Assembly: GCA_964478655.1 (NCBI GenBank)
Contig: CAYZJR010000038.1
Coordinates: 1 to 55,916 of the forward strand
Source: an uncultured Candidatus Obscuribacterales bacterium
Lineage (GTDB): Bacteria > Cyanobacteriota > Vampirovibrionia > Obscuribacterales > Obscuribacteraceae
Length of the DNA: 55,916 nt
Reading direction: 5' to 3'
Part shown: positions 1 through 10,231 of the stretch, in pieces
Numbering within the stretch: position 1 is the stretch's first letter
How the letters are laid out: every line of letters begins with the position of its first letter
The notes under the pieces: model-generated
The model's input: the letters and a program-made list of their open reading frames with translations, nothing else
The model's database searches: none
What the model was told of the DNA's origin: nothing
Made by a program: the position numbers and the translations under genes

Positions 1-1
1 A

Positions 2-490
2 CTAAGTCTTGCCTTGAACATAAGCCAAATACTCTGCAAGCAAAGATGCGTTTCTTCTCAGAAACAAGGCATCCAGGGCCGTCCACATGCGTGATTGTTC
101 TGCGTAGACTTCGAGTACGCCGAAAACGTTTTTCCCAAACGAAATCTTAATCGACAAGGTAGCCCTGATTCCTTTCTCGATGAGCCGTGTTGTTAACGAG
201 CTTGGAAATGGAATGCCGGGTTTAGTGACATCCGAAATCGATATCACATACTGAACTTTTTCGTCATCGTGAGAGATTCCATTCAAGAGAATGCATGACT
301 CGGTTTGGGTTAGTTCGAAACCGTCAAGAAAGGAGTCCGCTTTTGCACTGAACTGCGAAACGACCGTCAAGTGGTGTTCTGACAGTAGCCAAAAAACTGC
401 AGAGGATGCTTGCAGTGCTAATGTGATATAGCTCAAAACCTGAGTTGTGAATGGTCCCGGTTCATCGGAAAATTGCGCTAATTCATTCAT
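2..490 (-). CDS. GAF-domain protein; the 3' end of the gene (C-terminus) runs off the window edge
   Basis: ORF-track translation has GAF-like secondary-structure pattern; start at 490, no stop before coordinate 2. Confidence 0.45.
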   Translation of the reverse strand: MNELAQFSDEPGPFTTQVLSYITLALQASSAVFWLLSEHHLTVVSQFSAKADSFLDGFELTQTESCILLNGISHDDEKVQYVISISDVTKPGIPFPSSLTTRLIEKGIRATLSIKISFGKNVFGVLEVYAEQSRMWTALDALFLRRNASLLAEYLAYVQGKT

Positions 491-813
491 AACTAAGACG
501 GCTGATTGTCACTGAATTCATACTAGCATTCACTGAACTAACACGAGGGATTGTCTAAGCAACCCCTCGTTCCTTTTACTTCTTCCGCTCTATTTCCAAT
601 TCAGAGTACCTTGTGTTTCCGCTTTCAATAGCGACACAATGAGGTCCAGACGCACTAAAACCGTGGCGCTTCTTCGTATCACTTTTCCAAACCCTCTTCA
701 ATAAGATTCCGCGTCGAATTTGGAATCGTCTTTTCTTCGGTTCGAACCTGGATTTTACGACTCCGGTCCATCCTTGCCGTAACTTGCGGCGATGCCAATC
801 CAAACAAGAGACA

Positions 814-850
814 GCCCCAGGAATTGCTCCTGGGGCTTTTGATTTTTGGA
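814..850. terminator. GC hairpin + T-run, probably a bidirectional rho-independent terminator downstream of fbaB
   Basis: gccccagga-attgc-tcctggggc followed by ttttgatttttgg on the + strand; the reverse complement also has a U-rich tail. Confidence 0.5.
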
Positions 851-883
851 ACTTCGGGTTTGCGGACGCTTTGTACAAGCGCG

Positions 884-1951
884 TTACGCGATTGTGACGT
901 CTTTGCAGAGGTAGACGTCTTGAATTGCGTTGAGCAGTTCAATGCCGTCTTTCATTGGCTTCTGGAATGCCTTGCGACCGGAAATGAGACCTGAACCACC
1001 AGCTCTCTTGTTGATGACTGCGGTTGTGATCGCTTCTGCCATGTCGTTTTGACCGGATGCGCCACCGGAGTTGATCAAACCTTGGCGGCCCATGAAGCAG
1101 TTGGCTACTTGATAGCGAGTGAGGTCTATTGGGTGATCGGTGGTCAGTTCGGAATAGACGCGGGCATCAGTTTTGCCGAACTTGAGTGCGTTGTAGCCGC
1201 CGTTGTTTTCAGGCAATTTTTGCTTGATGATATCGGCTTCGATGGTGACTCCCAGGTGGTTGGCTTGAGCGGTGAGGTCAGCTGCCAAATGGTAGTCAGT
1301 GTCGCCTTGTTTGAAGGCGGAGTTGCGCAGGTAGCACCACAAGATGGTGGCCATGCCGAGTTGATGAGCTTCGTGGAAGGCCACGGCGATCTCTTGAATT
1401 TGGCGAGTCGATTCAGGTGAGCCGAAGTAGATGGTGGCTCCGACGGCAACAGCACCCATTTCCCAGGCTTGCTCGACTGTTCCGAATTCGATTTGATCGA
1501 ATTTGTTGGGGTAGGTCAAAAACTCATTGTGGTTGATTTTGACGATGAAAGGAATCTTGTGGGCATACTTTCTTGCTACCGAGCCAAGCACGCCGTAGGT
1601 CGATGCCACTGCGTTGCAACCGCCTTCGATAGCTAATTTCACAATGTTTTCGCCGTCGAAGTAAATCGGGTTTTTGGCAAACGATGCGCCGGCTGAGTGC
1701 TCGATACCCTGGTCGACTGGAAGAATCGAAAGGTAGCCGGTGCCTGCCAAGCGTCCGTTGTTAAAGAGGGTGTTGAGGCTGCGAAGAACGCGCGGGTTGC
1801 GGTCGCTCAGCGCGGTTACGCGATCTACGAAATCTGGTCCCGGAAGATGCAGAAGATCCTTCGAGACGCCTTTGCACTTGTGCTCGAGGAAATACGACGC
1901 CTTGTCGCCGAGTGCCTTTTCAATTGTTGTCATTTCTTTGACAGTTGCCAT
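884..1951 (-). CDS. fbaB: class I fructose-bisphosphate aldolase (FbaB/DhnA family)
   Basis: 355 aa colinear with E. coli FbaB: [63 protein letters not shown]. Confidence 0.9.
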   Translation of the reverse strand: MATVKEMTTIEKALGDKASYFLEHKCKGVSKDLLHLPGPDFVDRVTALSDRNPRVLRSLNTLFNNGRLAGTGYLSILPVDQGIEHSAGASFAKNPIYFDGENIVKLAIEGGCNAVASTYGVLGSVARKYAHKIPFIVKINHNEFLTYPNKFDQIEFGTVEQAWEMGAVAVGATIYFGSPESTRQIQEIAVAFHEAHQLGMATILWCYLRNSAFKQGDTDYHLAADLTAQANHLGVTIEADIIKQKLPENNGGYNALKFGKTDARVYSELTTDHPIDLTRYQVANCFMGRQGLINSGGASGQNDMAEAITTAVINKRAGGSGLISGRKAFQKPMKDGIELLNAIQDVYLCKDVTIA

Positions 1952-2118
1952 GCGATTCTACGCCTCCCATCTATCTAAGCGCTTTGCAAGACCCGCTTTG
2001 CTTGGGCGGTGCCTTCGGATTTGGTAAGCGTATCAGCTCATCTTCTCGATATAGAGAAAAGATAGAAAAGCTAAATATTTTGGTTAACCTTAGTTACGCG
2101 GGCGCGTACGCTGTGGCT

Positions 2119-2547
2119 CTATTCTTTTGGCTGGGACAACTCTAGAAGCACACCACCGGTGCTTTTGGGGTGAACAAACGCAATTTTTGCCCCGCCTGCA
2201 CCAATCTTTGGCTTCTCATCAATGAGCTTCGTTTCTTTCTCTTTGAGGCATGCTAAGCGCTCTTCGATGTTTGGAACACCCACGCAGACATGATGCAATC
2301 CCGGACCTCGCGATGCAAGAAACTTGCCCACCGGAGTTTCGTCCCCAAGCGGTTCGAGCAGCTCGATATGCGTGTTTCCGATGTCGAGTTTGGCGACACG
2401 CACTCCTTGTTCGCTGACCACTTCAATATCAATGCAACCGAGACCGAGGCTCTCTTGCCAGAAGTGAAGCGCTTCTTCGAGATTCTTGACGGCAATCGCA
2501 ATGTGATCGACTCGAATATCTGAGGAACTTTCATTGTGAGGTTTCAT
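2119..2547 (-). CDS. methylmalonyl-CoA epimerase-like VOC/glyoxalase-family protein
   Basis: 142 aa; VDHIAIAV...HIELLEP...GPGLHHVC...KIAFVHPKST pattern typical of MCE. Confidence 0.65.
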   Translation of the reverse strand: MKPHNESSSDIRVDHIAIAVKNLEEALHFWQESLGLGCIDIEVVSEQGVRVAKLDIGNTHIELLEPLGDETPVGKFLASRGPGLHHVCVGVPNIEERLACLKEKETKLIDEKPKIGAGGAKIAFVHPKSTGGVLLELSQPKE

Positions 2548-2549
2548 TG

Positions 2550-3152
2550 TTATGGACCGAATCCCGACCAGCGTTCGAAAAAGATGTTGACCTTGTTGAG
2601 TATACGGAAAGTGCTGAACTCATTGTATTCGCGCCAAGTAGACATGAGCCTCGTGGCGCGTTCGATCGTGCTGATTTGATCGAATGGAACCCACACTTCT
2701 CCTCGCCACCTCGGGTCGTAATAGAAGCGATTAAGCGCATCGGTGAGGTTTACGGTGCGGTCAACGTTTAAAACATATGGCTGTCCATCCATGCGAACCG
2801 GATAGTACATTTCTTCTCCGGGCGGAGGAACAAGTTTGTCTTTTCCCGGTTCTGGCGCGGGTGGCGCAAGCAGCCGAGGAACCTTCTGTCCAATGAATAG
2901 GCGATTTGGAATCAAGTCTTTCAGTGGTGGCATGATTGAATCGTGCCGGCCCGCCTTGCTCGGGAGCAATCTTTCCGTAGCGGGATCTCTCACAGCTGGT
3001 TTGAGTGATTGCGATGCAAGGGTTGCGGAGGGTGCTTGTAAATTGTCTTGTGCCAGGGCCGATGCGGATGTTGCAGCAATTGCAATTATAGTTGAGAGGA
3101 ACAGTGAACTTGGCTTGACACTGCCTGTGGTGTTATTCGATTTTTTTGACAT
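2550..3152 (-). CDS. secreted hypothetical protein (signal peptide)
   Basis: ORF extends to 3290, but an internal Met (MSKKSNNTTGSVKPSSLFLSTIIAIAATSASALA) is followed by a clear signal peptide; no recognised domain. Confidence 0.45.
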   Translation of the reverse strand: MSKKSNNTTGSVKPSSLFLSTIIAIAATSASALAQDNLQAPSATLASQSLKPAVRDPATERLLPSKAGRHDSIMPPLKDLIPNRLFIGQKVPRLLAPPAPEPGKDKLVPPPGEEMYYPVRMDGQPYVLNVDRTVNLTDALNRFYYDPRWRGEVWVPFDQISTIERATRLMSTWREYNEFSTFRILNKVNIFFERWSGFGP

Positions 3153-3518
3153 GGATTCCTTTAGAGTAGTGGGCTCTCGAAAAGGAGTGGGCTCTGGTAG
3201 AGCAGTGGGCACTGGGGTTGACGGCGCCTTCGAGTCAGAATATGTTCCTCCGTCCTCTTGAATACCAGGAATGTTCCGATAAATATTCACTAACCGCTTT
3301 ACTTCCTCTTCTAGCCACGGCCGCTAACCCAGCCGCTTTTCAATCATCATAACGCCGAATTTTGCAGCCGTCACTGACAAATTCTCGACTTAACTTAAAT
3401 GGTTCGGCTGTCAAAGGCAGAGGCTCCTGAAGTAAACTGAGCCGCTTGGAAAAGCATGCAGTCACAGAGCTGAGCTTTGCCTGCCCAACCTGGCAACCTT
3501 CTGGATAAGTGAACGACT

Positions 3519-5252
3519 TTGGAGAAACCGTACATGACGCGGAATGACGTAGACAAAAATCGTGCAGCACAAAAGTGCTTGAGCGCCACAGGAGCATTGG
3601 CAATCGGTGCTTTGATGCAATGCGCGCCGGCGCAAGCCGAAGGCACAGCCCTTCCGATCAAGAGTATCTCGGTCGATCCCAATCATCAGCTTGTAGTGCA
3701 GTTTCAGGGTGGCGGATTCCCCACTGTTCCCAGTGTCTTGGATCGCCCCGGCGCCGATCACAAAGTTGTTTTTGATTTCGCCAATGCCACGATAGACAAA
3801 GGCAGCATGCCGTCTGCTCAAGACATTACTTCGTCAGTCTCAGCTCAGCTTCCCGGCATAACCAACGTCCGATTCTCCGAGGTCGTCAATGCCGAAAAAC
3901 CTACAGCTCGTGTAGTTCTTCATGTTCCTCAGAAGGTCGGTGTTACTCCGAGAGTAGTAAAGGTCGAAGAAGGGCAAGTAGTCATAAGCTTGGGCGATGA
4001 TGTTTTAAACGCCCCAGTGCAAGCGGTTGCCGAGAATGTCGGCGAAAAACCGGTGCTCTTGGCTCAGACGCAACCGGCACCGCAAGTGGTGCAAGAAGAG
4101 TCCACCGATGCGATTCCATCAGCCACCGTTCCTGGCGCTCCGCCGCCGCCTCAAGCGATCGGACTGAACGCTGCCAAAGTTATGTCCTCCGATTTGGAAG
4201 CGACCAAACAAGCTCCATCCAATTACGATCAAGCCTACGAACAAATGCTTCGTCAGAAATCCACCGACAATGCCGGTGAACAACTTTGGGACAAGAAAGT
4301 AGGACCCACCGCTCCGGCGATTCAAGCACCAGGCGCGGAAAAGGCGGGCGGATGGGATTGGACAAGTGGTGCGGGCGCAGCTGCCGGCGGAAATTTCACC
4401 GGTGCGAATACGATTCCTGCCGAGCCTAAAATCATACCGATAGATCCTAATGCTGCAGTCAATCCGCTGGCGCCTTTGGCAAATGCCAAACCGATTCCGG
4501 TAAATGCCGATACTCAACCGGTACAAGTGGCTCCAGCTGCCCAGCCAGCTGCCGCTGTCCAGCCGGCTGCCGCTGGTGCGGATTTGAAACCAGCGATATC
4601 TGAAGATGTTCCTTCGGCAAGCCAAGCCGCTGCCGCGACTGCCCCTGCAGACACAAAAGTCGCTCCAAATCCCAAAGATGCGGTGAAGCTTTTCAATACT
4701 GCCGTCAACTTCCATCTCACGGGCAAGCTGGGTGATGCAATCGAGGCGTATAAGGCTGCGATCGCTTCCAACCCCGATCTCGCGCAAGCGCACAGCAATC
4801 TCGGTTTGATTTATAACCAGCAGCACAATTACGCCGGAGCTCTTACCGAGTTTCGCAAAGCGCTCGCCATCAATCCCAAAGATGCCATCACCTACAATGG
4901 CATCGGAGCGGCCCTGCGTGCTGAACGCGACTTGCTCGGCGCAGTGAAAAACTGGCAGACAGCTGTTTCGCTGGACCCGAGTCTCGCAACTGCTCACTAC
5001 AACTTGGGCACTGCCTACGAAATTCAAAAAGAACTCGACAAGGCGTTGGACTCATATCAGCAAGCAGTTAAGAATGACTACAGACTTGGCGAAGCCTATT
5101 ACAGAATGGGTCTTATCATGACTCGCAAGAATCGCCCGGAAGAAGCTGCGGAGAAATTCACCCAAGCTCTGAAGATCTCCAGCAAATCGGAGTATAGTGA
5201 AGATGCGCGTCAGCGCCTCGCTTCGTTGACCCAAAAGAAGGTGGTCAAATAA
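3519..5252 (+). CDS. secreted AMIN-like N-domain, Ala/Pro-rich linker, C-terminal TPR-repeat protein
   Basis: Signal peptide; beta-rich N-domain; long PAxQ linker; five or more TPR-like repeats (AxxYxxAIxxNPxxAxAHxNLG). Confidence 0.65.
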   Translation: MEKPYMTRNDVDKNRAAQKCLSATGALAIGALMQCAPAQAEGTALPIKSISVDPNHQLVVQFQGGGFPTVPSVLDRPGADHKVVFDFANATIDKGSMPSAQDITSSVSAQLPGITNVRFSEVVNAEKPTARVVLHVPQKVGVTPRVVKVEEGQVVISLGDDVLNAPVQAVAENVGEKPVLLAQTQPAPQVVQEESTDAIPSATVPGAPPPPQAIGLNAAKVMSSDLEATKQAPSNYDQAYEQMLRQKSTDNAGEQLWDKKVGPTAPAIQAPGAEKAGGWDWTSGAGAAAGGNFTGANTIPAEPKIIPIDPNAAVNPLAPLANAKPIPVNADTQPVQVAPAAQPAAAVQPAAAGADLKPAISEDVPSASQAAAATAPADTKVAPNPKDAVKLFNTAVNFHLTGKLGDAIEAYKAAIASNPDLAQAHSNLGLIYNQQHNYAGALTEFRKALAINPKDAITYNGIGAALRAERDLLGAVKNWQTAVSLDPSLATAHYNLGTAYEIQKELDKALDSYQQAVKNDYRLGEAYYRMGLIMTRKNRPEEAAEKFTQALKISSKSEYSEDARQRLASLTQKKVVK

Positions 5253-5283
5253 GCGATTCTTCTAAAAGGCGATCTCAAGCAGA

Positions 5284-5778
5284 ATGATTTCGAGCACGAT
5301 GGGGAAAGTACTTCCGCTATCTCAGCTGTCTGACGAAATAGCGAAACTCAAACAAGCCGGCAAGAAGATAGTCACGACCAATGGCTGTTTTGATTTGCTG
5401 CATGTCGGTCACGTCCGCATCTTGAAGCAATCGAAAGAGTTGGGAGATGTGCTCGTGGTGGGCGTAAATAGCGATGCGTCTGTGTCGAAATTGAAAGGAC
5501 CGGAGCGACCGATCGTTTCTGAAAACGACAGGGCTGAGGTGTTGAGTAGTCTTGCTTGCGTCGACTATGTCACCATATTTGGTGAGGACACACCGGTGGA
5601 ATTCTTGCGTCACGTCAAGCCGAATGTTCATGTGAAAGGTGCCGACTACAAACCGTCTGACCTAGCTGAGACACCCGTGGTTGAATCTTTTGGGGGCGAG
5701 GTGAGGATTCTTAGCCTTGTTCCATCCAAAAGCACTACGAGCCTTGTAGAGCGCATTAAGGCAGACACCGAGAAGTAG
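5284..5778 (+). CDS. D-glycero-beta-D-manno-heptose 1-phosphate adenylyltransferase-like protein (RfaE domain II / cytidylyltransferase)
   Basis: TTNGCFDLLHVGHVRIL (HxGH nucleotidyltransferase motif), 164 aa like HldE C-domain; TAG stop. Confidence 0.8.
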   Translation: MISSTMGKVLPLSQLSDEIAKLKQAGKKIVTTNGCFDLLHVGHVRILKQSKELGDVLVVGVNSDASVSKLKGPERPIVSENDRAEVLSSLACVDYVTIFGEDTPVEFLRHVKPNVHVKGADYKPSDLAETPVVESFGGEVRILSLVPSKSTTSLVERIKADTEK

Positions 5779-6265
5779 AGGCGTGTCAACAATCTCGATT
5801 CCACCTCGCGGCTCTAAAGTGGGCTGAGCTGGCCGGACCCATGATCTGGATTGCATGACACGGATCTCGGCGGGCGCTAGCTCTAATCAAGCTAACCTGT
5901 TTACAGCGCGTAACCAATAGCGCTAGCTACGCGACGGAGATTTAACCTACTGAGATAGGGCCTCTTGTAAACATAAGAACGAATTATCTTTGAAGCGCGC
6001 AAGAATAGAGCGCCTTCGATTGTTTTCAAGAGATTCCATTTAGTACTTGTAGAGACGTCATCTGTTTCTTCGGCTTGGACTGAATTTGGGCTTGTAAACC
6101 CTTATCACATCTTGAATTTATCTTCTTCAGCTCTAACGTTGAGTTGCTTGATGTGATCTATCCAGCCGCTTCGTCCCAGGTTTTTCCTGGGCAGCTAGTT
6201 CGTGCAAGGCAGAGGCTAAGCGCGAACAGACGACTCCCATCTGCAGAGGCAGAGAAGGAAAGAAA

Positions 6266-7015
6266 ATGAACGAGCGTGAAACACGTCTCACAGACATCAA
6301 CGCACAGCTGACAGCGCGCGGTCTCAAGCCGTTGCGCAAGCTGGGCGATCACACTAAAGGCGAGATCGAGGCGCTGCGCGTCGTCGAGATCTTCGAGCAC
6401 TCCAAGCGCTTCTTCACTGACGTGAAGCTGGCGGTGGCATTCCCGGGCGGCAAAGAGGGCGAGTACACCATTCGCTTCAATGCCAACGGCGAAGTCTCCG
6501 ATGGCGCGGTCATCGTGGTTGTCGTCAACGGGCGTTTCGCCATCGTGAAGCAGTGGAGGTTGACCGTCGGTCAGTGGACCTACGAGATTCCGCGCGGCTT
6601 CGGCGAGAAGCTCGACAAAGCGCAGATTGCCGGTGCCCTCGGCACCATCAAGATTGGCGACCTGCCGCTGGCGACGCTTATTCGCGAACTCGGTGAGGAA
6701 GTGATGGCGCAAGCCGAAGTCACCTCCGTCACCCATCTCGGCAACGTTGCGGAAAACTCCGGAACGCACGCCGTGGCGCCGAGCTACTTCCTCGTTCAGC
6801 TGACTGTCGAGCAAGAGAAGCTCGATGCGAAGCTGAAAGGCACAGAGGACATGAAGGTGTACCTCTGGGATGCCGACGAGGTCAGTCGTCAGCTCGGCGT
6901 CAAGATTCAGGACAGTCACTCGATCGTTGCCGTTGCCCTGGCGATGCGCTACATCGAAGGACTGCCGCGCCTTCCAAAGCGCGAGGTTTGTTCTCATTCC
7001 GCCCACCAAGCCTAA
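6266..7015 (+). CDS. Nudix hydrolase (ADP-ribose pyrophosphatase-like)
   Basis: EIPRGFGE...LIRELGEEV resembles the Nudix box with an insertion; high-GC block. Confidence 0.55.
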   Translation: MNERETRLTDINAQLTARGLKPLRKLGDHTKGEIEALRVVEIFEHSKRFFTDVKLAVAFPGGKEGEYTIRFNANGEVSDGAVIVVVVNGRFAIVKQWRLTVGQWTYEIPRGFGEKLDKAQIAGALGTIKIGDLPLATLIRELGEEVMAQAEVTSVTHLGNVAENSGTHAVAPSYFLVQLTVEQEKLDAKLKGTEDMKVYLWDADEVSRQLGVKIQDSHSIVAVALAMRYIEGLPRLPKREVCSHSAHQA

Positions 7016-7089
7016 TGGCTCGGTGGGTTTCACCAGTGCTAACATTCGGCTGAGTAACACTCAGCCTTTCTCCGAAAGGATCAACGACA

Positions 7090-7806
7090 ATGGACACAAC
7101 CAAAGTTACGTTCCCCTATACCGCCGAGACTGGCATCGACGTCACGAAAGTGACCGGCTCGCAGGCGTTCATCGATTGGCTCGCTTCGGTCGATGACCAG
7201 AAGTTCGTCGTGCGCGGCGTGCATTTCCAGTCGGTCGACATGTTCGGACCGAAGGTGGGTTTCATCAAGTTCAAGGCCGACATCGTCGACGGCAAGGGCA
7301 AGTTCGTCCCCGGCATCGTCTTCATGCGCGGCGGCTCGGTCGGCATCCTCACGGTGCTGACCTGCAACGGTGAGAAGCACTCGCTGATGACGGTGCAGCC
7401 CCGCATCGCCACCGGTCGCTTCGACTTCGTGGAGATCCCGGCCGGTATGCTCGACGGCTCCGGCAACTTCGCCGGCGTCGCGGCCAAGGAGCTGGACGAA
7501 GAGGCCGGCATCAAGATCGGCCAGGGCGACCTTGTCGACCTGTCGGCAGTCGGCGGGCACACCAACGGCTTCTTCGTGTCGCCCGGCGGCACGGACGAGA
7601 CGCTACGGCTCTTCCTCTACGAGAAGGAAGTGACCGCCGACGAGCTCGCGAAGCTCAACGGCAAGCTCACGGGCGTGCAGGGCGAGGGCGAGCAGATCAC
7701 CCTCAAGATCATGCCCCTCGACGACATCTGGAAGATCGCCGACGGCAAGACCTGCGTCGCCTACCTGCTCTACCAGAAGCTCCTGGAGCAGCGCGCGGCG
7801 AAGTAA
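7090..7806 (+). CDS. Nudix hydrolase (ADPRase/NudF-like)
   Basis: EIPAGMLDGSGNFAGVAAKELDEEAGIK matches Nudix box GX5EX7REUXEEXGU. Confidence 0.65.
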   Translation: MDTTKVTFPYTAETGIDVTKVTGSQAFIDWLASVDDQKFVVRGVHFQSVDMFGPKVGFIKFKADIVDGKGKFVPGIVFMRGGSVGILTVLTCNGEKHSLMTVQPRIATGRFDFVEIPAGMLDGSGNFAGVAAKELDEEAGIKIGQGDLVDLSAVGGHTNGFFVSPGGTDETLRLFLYEKEVTADELAKLNGKLTGVQGEGEQITLKIMPLDDIWKIADGKTCVAYLLYQKLLEQRAAK

Positions 7807-7901
7807 GGCGTGTCCGATGCGCTATCAAAAAACGAGGGCGGCGGCATCGTTGTCGTCGCCCTACGTTTGCGCAAGAAAGCTTCCAAGGAAAAATCGAAGT
7901 C

Positions 7902-8957
7902 ATGTCAACATCAACGAAAGAACACATCCTCGCCTTCGTCGATGCGCCCGACCCGGACAATTTCGTCCAGGTCATCGCGCTGTGCAAGCTGTTTCCGAAC
8001 GCTGAGGTGCACGTGGTGCTCACCGGACGTCCGGTTCGCTTCAACGCGACGAAGGAGCACGAGAAGTGGGAGTGGGACATGCGCAGCTCGTCGATGGCTC
8101 AGCAAGCCTCGGCGCTTCGCATCAAGAACTTCCTGCGTCACTTCGGCATCTCGGTGACGCGGGTCTTCGACGGCGGCATCGCACCCAGAACGTTGGTCCC
8201 GCACCACGTTCACTTCCAGGAGTACTACAAATTTCTCGATGTCGACCCGCTCGCCGCGATCGCGCATCCCGAGTTGGAGCCGCAGGAAGATCTGGTGAAG
8301 CTCATCCTGTCGTTCGACCCGGGCTCGGTGCGTGTGGCAGTCGGTGGTCCGATGACCGGTCTGGCCCAGGTCATTGCGCGGCATCCCGAAGTGGTGACGC
8401 GCTTCAAGGAAGTGCACGCCATGTTTGCAACCTGGGGCAAAGTCGATCTCATGCAGTTCGGCGACGAGCCCCGCGGCGCGATGCAGTTCAACGTGCACTG
8501 CGACCCGCAGGCTGCCTACGCAGTTCTGATGGGTCTCGAGTGTCCGGTATACCTGATGCCCACCGAGGTGACTCGGGTTCTGGATATCGGGTTTCTGAAC
8601 GCTCAGAAGCTGCGTGAGTTCTTGCCCGACAACCAGGGCAGCCGGGCGCTGTACCACCTGTACGCGCTCTGGTACGACGCGGCGGTTCGCCCGCGTCAGG
8701 CAACCAACCCCAACGAGTACATCTTCATCCACGACCTCGTGGCCGCCTTCAGCCTCGCCGAAGAGCTCCGCAACTCCATCTACAAGGTGGTGCCCGTGGA
8801 GATCACTTCCGTGCCGCACCTCGCAAACGAGCGCGCCGACTGGGGCAAGGTGATCATGAAGGAGACGGCGACGCCGGGCAACCGCTTCGCGGCTGTCGGG
8901 CTCCTCGAAGGTGGAGCACAGCGCTATCTGGACGCGCTGAAGAAGGTGCTCTCGTAA
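7902..8957 (+). CDS. nucleoside hydrolase (IU-NH)-like protein with divergent Asp cluster
   Basis: N-terminal FVDAPDPDNF resembles the IU-NH DxDxxxDD motif, where the final DD is NF here; later NVHCDPQAA; 351 aa. Confidence 0.5.
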   Translation: MSTSTKEHILAFVDAPDPDNFVQVIALCKLFPNAEVHVVLTGRPVRFNATKEHEKWEWDMRSSSMAQQASALRIKNFLRHFGISVTRVFDGGIAPRTLVPHHVHFQEYYKFLDVDPLAAIAHPELEPQEDLVKLILSFDPGSVRVAVGGPMTGLAQVIARHPEVVTRFKEVHAMFATWGKVDLMQFGDEPRGAMQFNVHCDPQAAYAVLMGLECPVYLMPTEVTRVLDIGFLNAQKLREFLPDNQGSRALYHLYALWYDAAVRPRQATNPNEYIFIHDLVAAFSLAEELRNSIYKVVPVEITSVPHLANERADWGKVIMKETATPGNRFAAVGLLEGGAQRYLDALKKVLS

Positions 8958-9106
8958 CTAACGCGCTCCCGACTAAGCGGGAGGCGTGGCACCACATTTA
9001 GTGCTGCCGGAGGGCGCCTTCGGGTGCCCTCTCTATCTCAAACTCTCCAGAAACGAGACCCCGAGTCGCCAGTCCAACTAACGATTCGGGGTTTGAGGAA
9101 AACAAC

Positions 9107-9586
9107 ATGAACTCTCTGACTCGAGTGCCGGACGCTCTTCGCGTGCTGGTCGAGCACTTCATGCAGCAAATGGGCATCGGCGGATACGGCTGTGCCGTGA
9201 CGGCAATCGCGGGACCTGACGGCGATGGCGAACTCCATCGCAAGTTCGGTCACGAGGTCGTCGTCGAGTGCAGCACTTCCCGCGACGGAATTCTTCGCGC
9301 CAAGTTCGGCTACCTCAAGCCCGAGGAGCTGGCTGCGGCGGAGAACCCCGACCTGTCCATCGGCATTCGCTACAACCCTGCAGCGTGTGCCAAGCGCTTC
9401 CGGCAGCCGATGCCGGCGGCGCTCGACTGTGCGGCCAGAGCCCTGCAGCACAACTACTTCCGCGTTGGTGCGGAGTACGAACCCAAAACCGAAGAGCTCC
9501 GCATGCTCTTCGTCCGCGGCAACTGGCACCCCCAGGTCAATGACATGACCCAGGGCGTGCTGGTCGATGTCCGCTGGATCGTGTAA
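9107..9586 (+). CDS. hypothetical protein
   Basis: Co-oriented high-GC ORF with GC3 bias; no motif recognised. Confidence 0.45.
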   Translation: MNSLTRVPDALRVLVEHFMQQMGIGGYGCAVTAIAGPDGDGELHRKFGHEVVVECSTSRDGILRAKFGYLKPEELAAAENPDLSIGIRYNPAACAKRFRQPMPAALDCAARALQHNYFRVGAEYEPKTEELRMLFVRGNWHPQVNDMTQGVLVDVRWIV

Positions 9587-9699
9587 GTCTCGAACGAAAA
9601 CAACCATTCTTCCTGTCGCCGACGGGTGCAGCTGGAACGGTCCAGCTGCACGCCGTCGGAATTTAACTCATTTAGGTTGCTCGGCAACCAGGAGTCATC

Positions 9700-10143
9700 A
9701 TGGAGTACAAACTCGAACGGTTCGAGGCCGCGCGTGCACATCTGTTTCGTGCCTACGAGCAAGCAGTCGACCTGATCCAGAAAGCACCTTGCTTCAAGCA
9801 GTTTCCGGCGAATGCCGACGAAGCCACCATCCTGTTCGCCACTGCGCTCGCCCGTCAGGCAGAGCGGTTGTGCGTGGACGGCTTCAGCGCCATCTCGGTT
9901 CTGCCGGCTTGCTATCACGAGCCGGTGAGCGAGATGCACAACATCTACCTGGACGTGCAGTACGAGGCGGAAGCCGGCAAGAAGCAGGTCTCGGTCGCTG
10001 CCTGTGCGGCGGCGGGTCTTACCACGGCTGAGCAGTTCGCTCGGCTGGCGTTCGACCTCACCAGCCGCGCCACCCGGTGCTTGAACGGGGATGAAACCGT
10101 GGACGGTCGTGAGATTCGTCACGGAGATCTCTGGGACAAGTAA
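9700..10143 (+). CDS. hypothetical protein
   Basis: Co-oriented high-GC ORF with RBS-like aggag upstream; no motif recognised. Confidence 0.45.
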   Translation: MEYKLERFEAARAHLFRAYEQAVDLIQKAPCFKQFPANADEATILFATALARQAERLCVDGFSAISVLPACYHEPVSEMHNIYLDVQYEAEAGKKQVSVAACAAAGLTTAEQFARLAFDLTSRATRCLNGDETVDGREIRHGDLWDK

Positions 10144-10231
10144 GGTTTCTCGAAAACAAAAACAGTAAACTACTTCCGGCGGCGCATAAGTCATGTTGAC
10201 TGCTGCCGGAAGTCTTCTACGAGGAGCTAAC

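Noticed and set aside
576-942. Two overlapping 87-100-aa minus-strand ORFs in the fbaB-GAF intergenic region
   Set aside because: They are Lys/Arg/Ser-rich and overlap the terminator hairpin and each other with no RBS, so they are most likely non-coding promoter or terminator DNA.
6158-7060. 300-aa minus-strand ORF overlapping the first Nudix gene; similar long antisense ORFs occur at 7081-7592, 7911-8819, 10421-11176, 19786-21624, 22335-23417, 27987-29204, 40954-41826, 46439-47323 and 49286-50290.
   Set aside because: Each lies antisense to a CDS with clear motifs or GC3 bias, and their translations are Arg/Ala/Gly-rich low-complexity, as expected for spurious ORFs in high-GC DNA.
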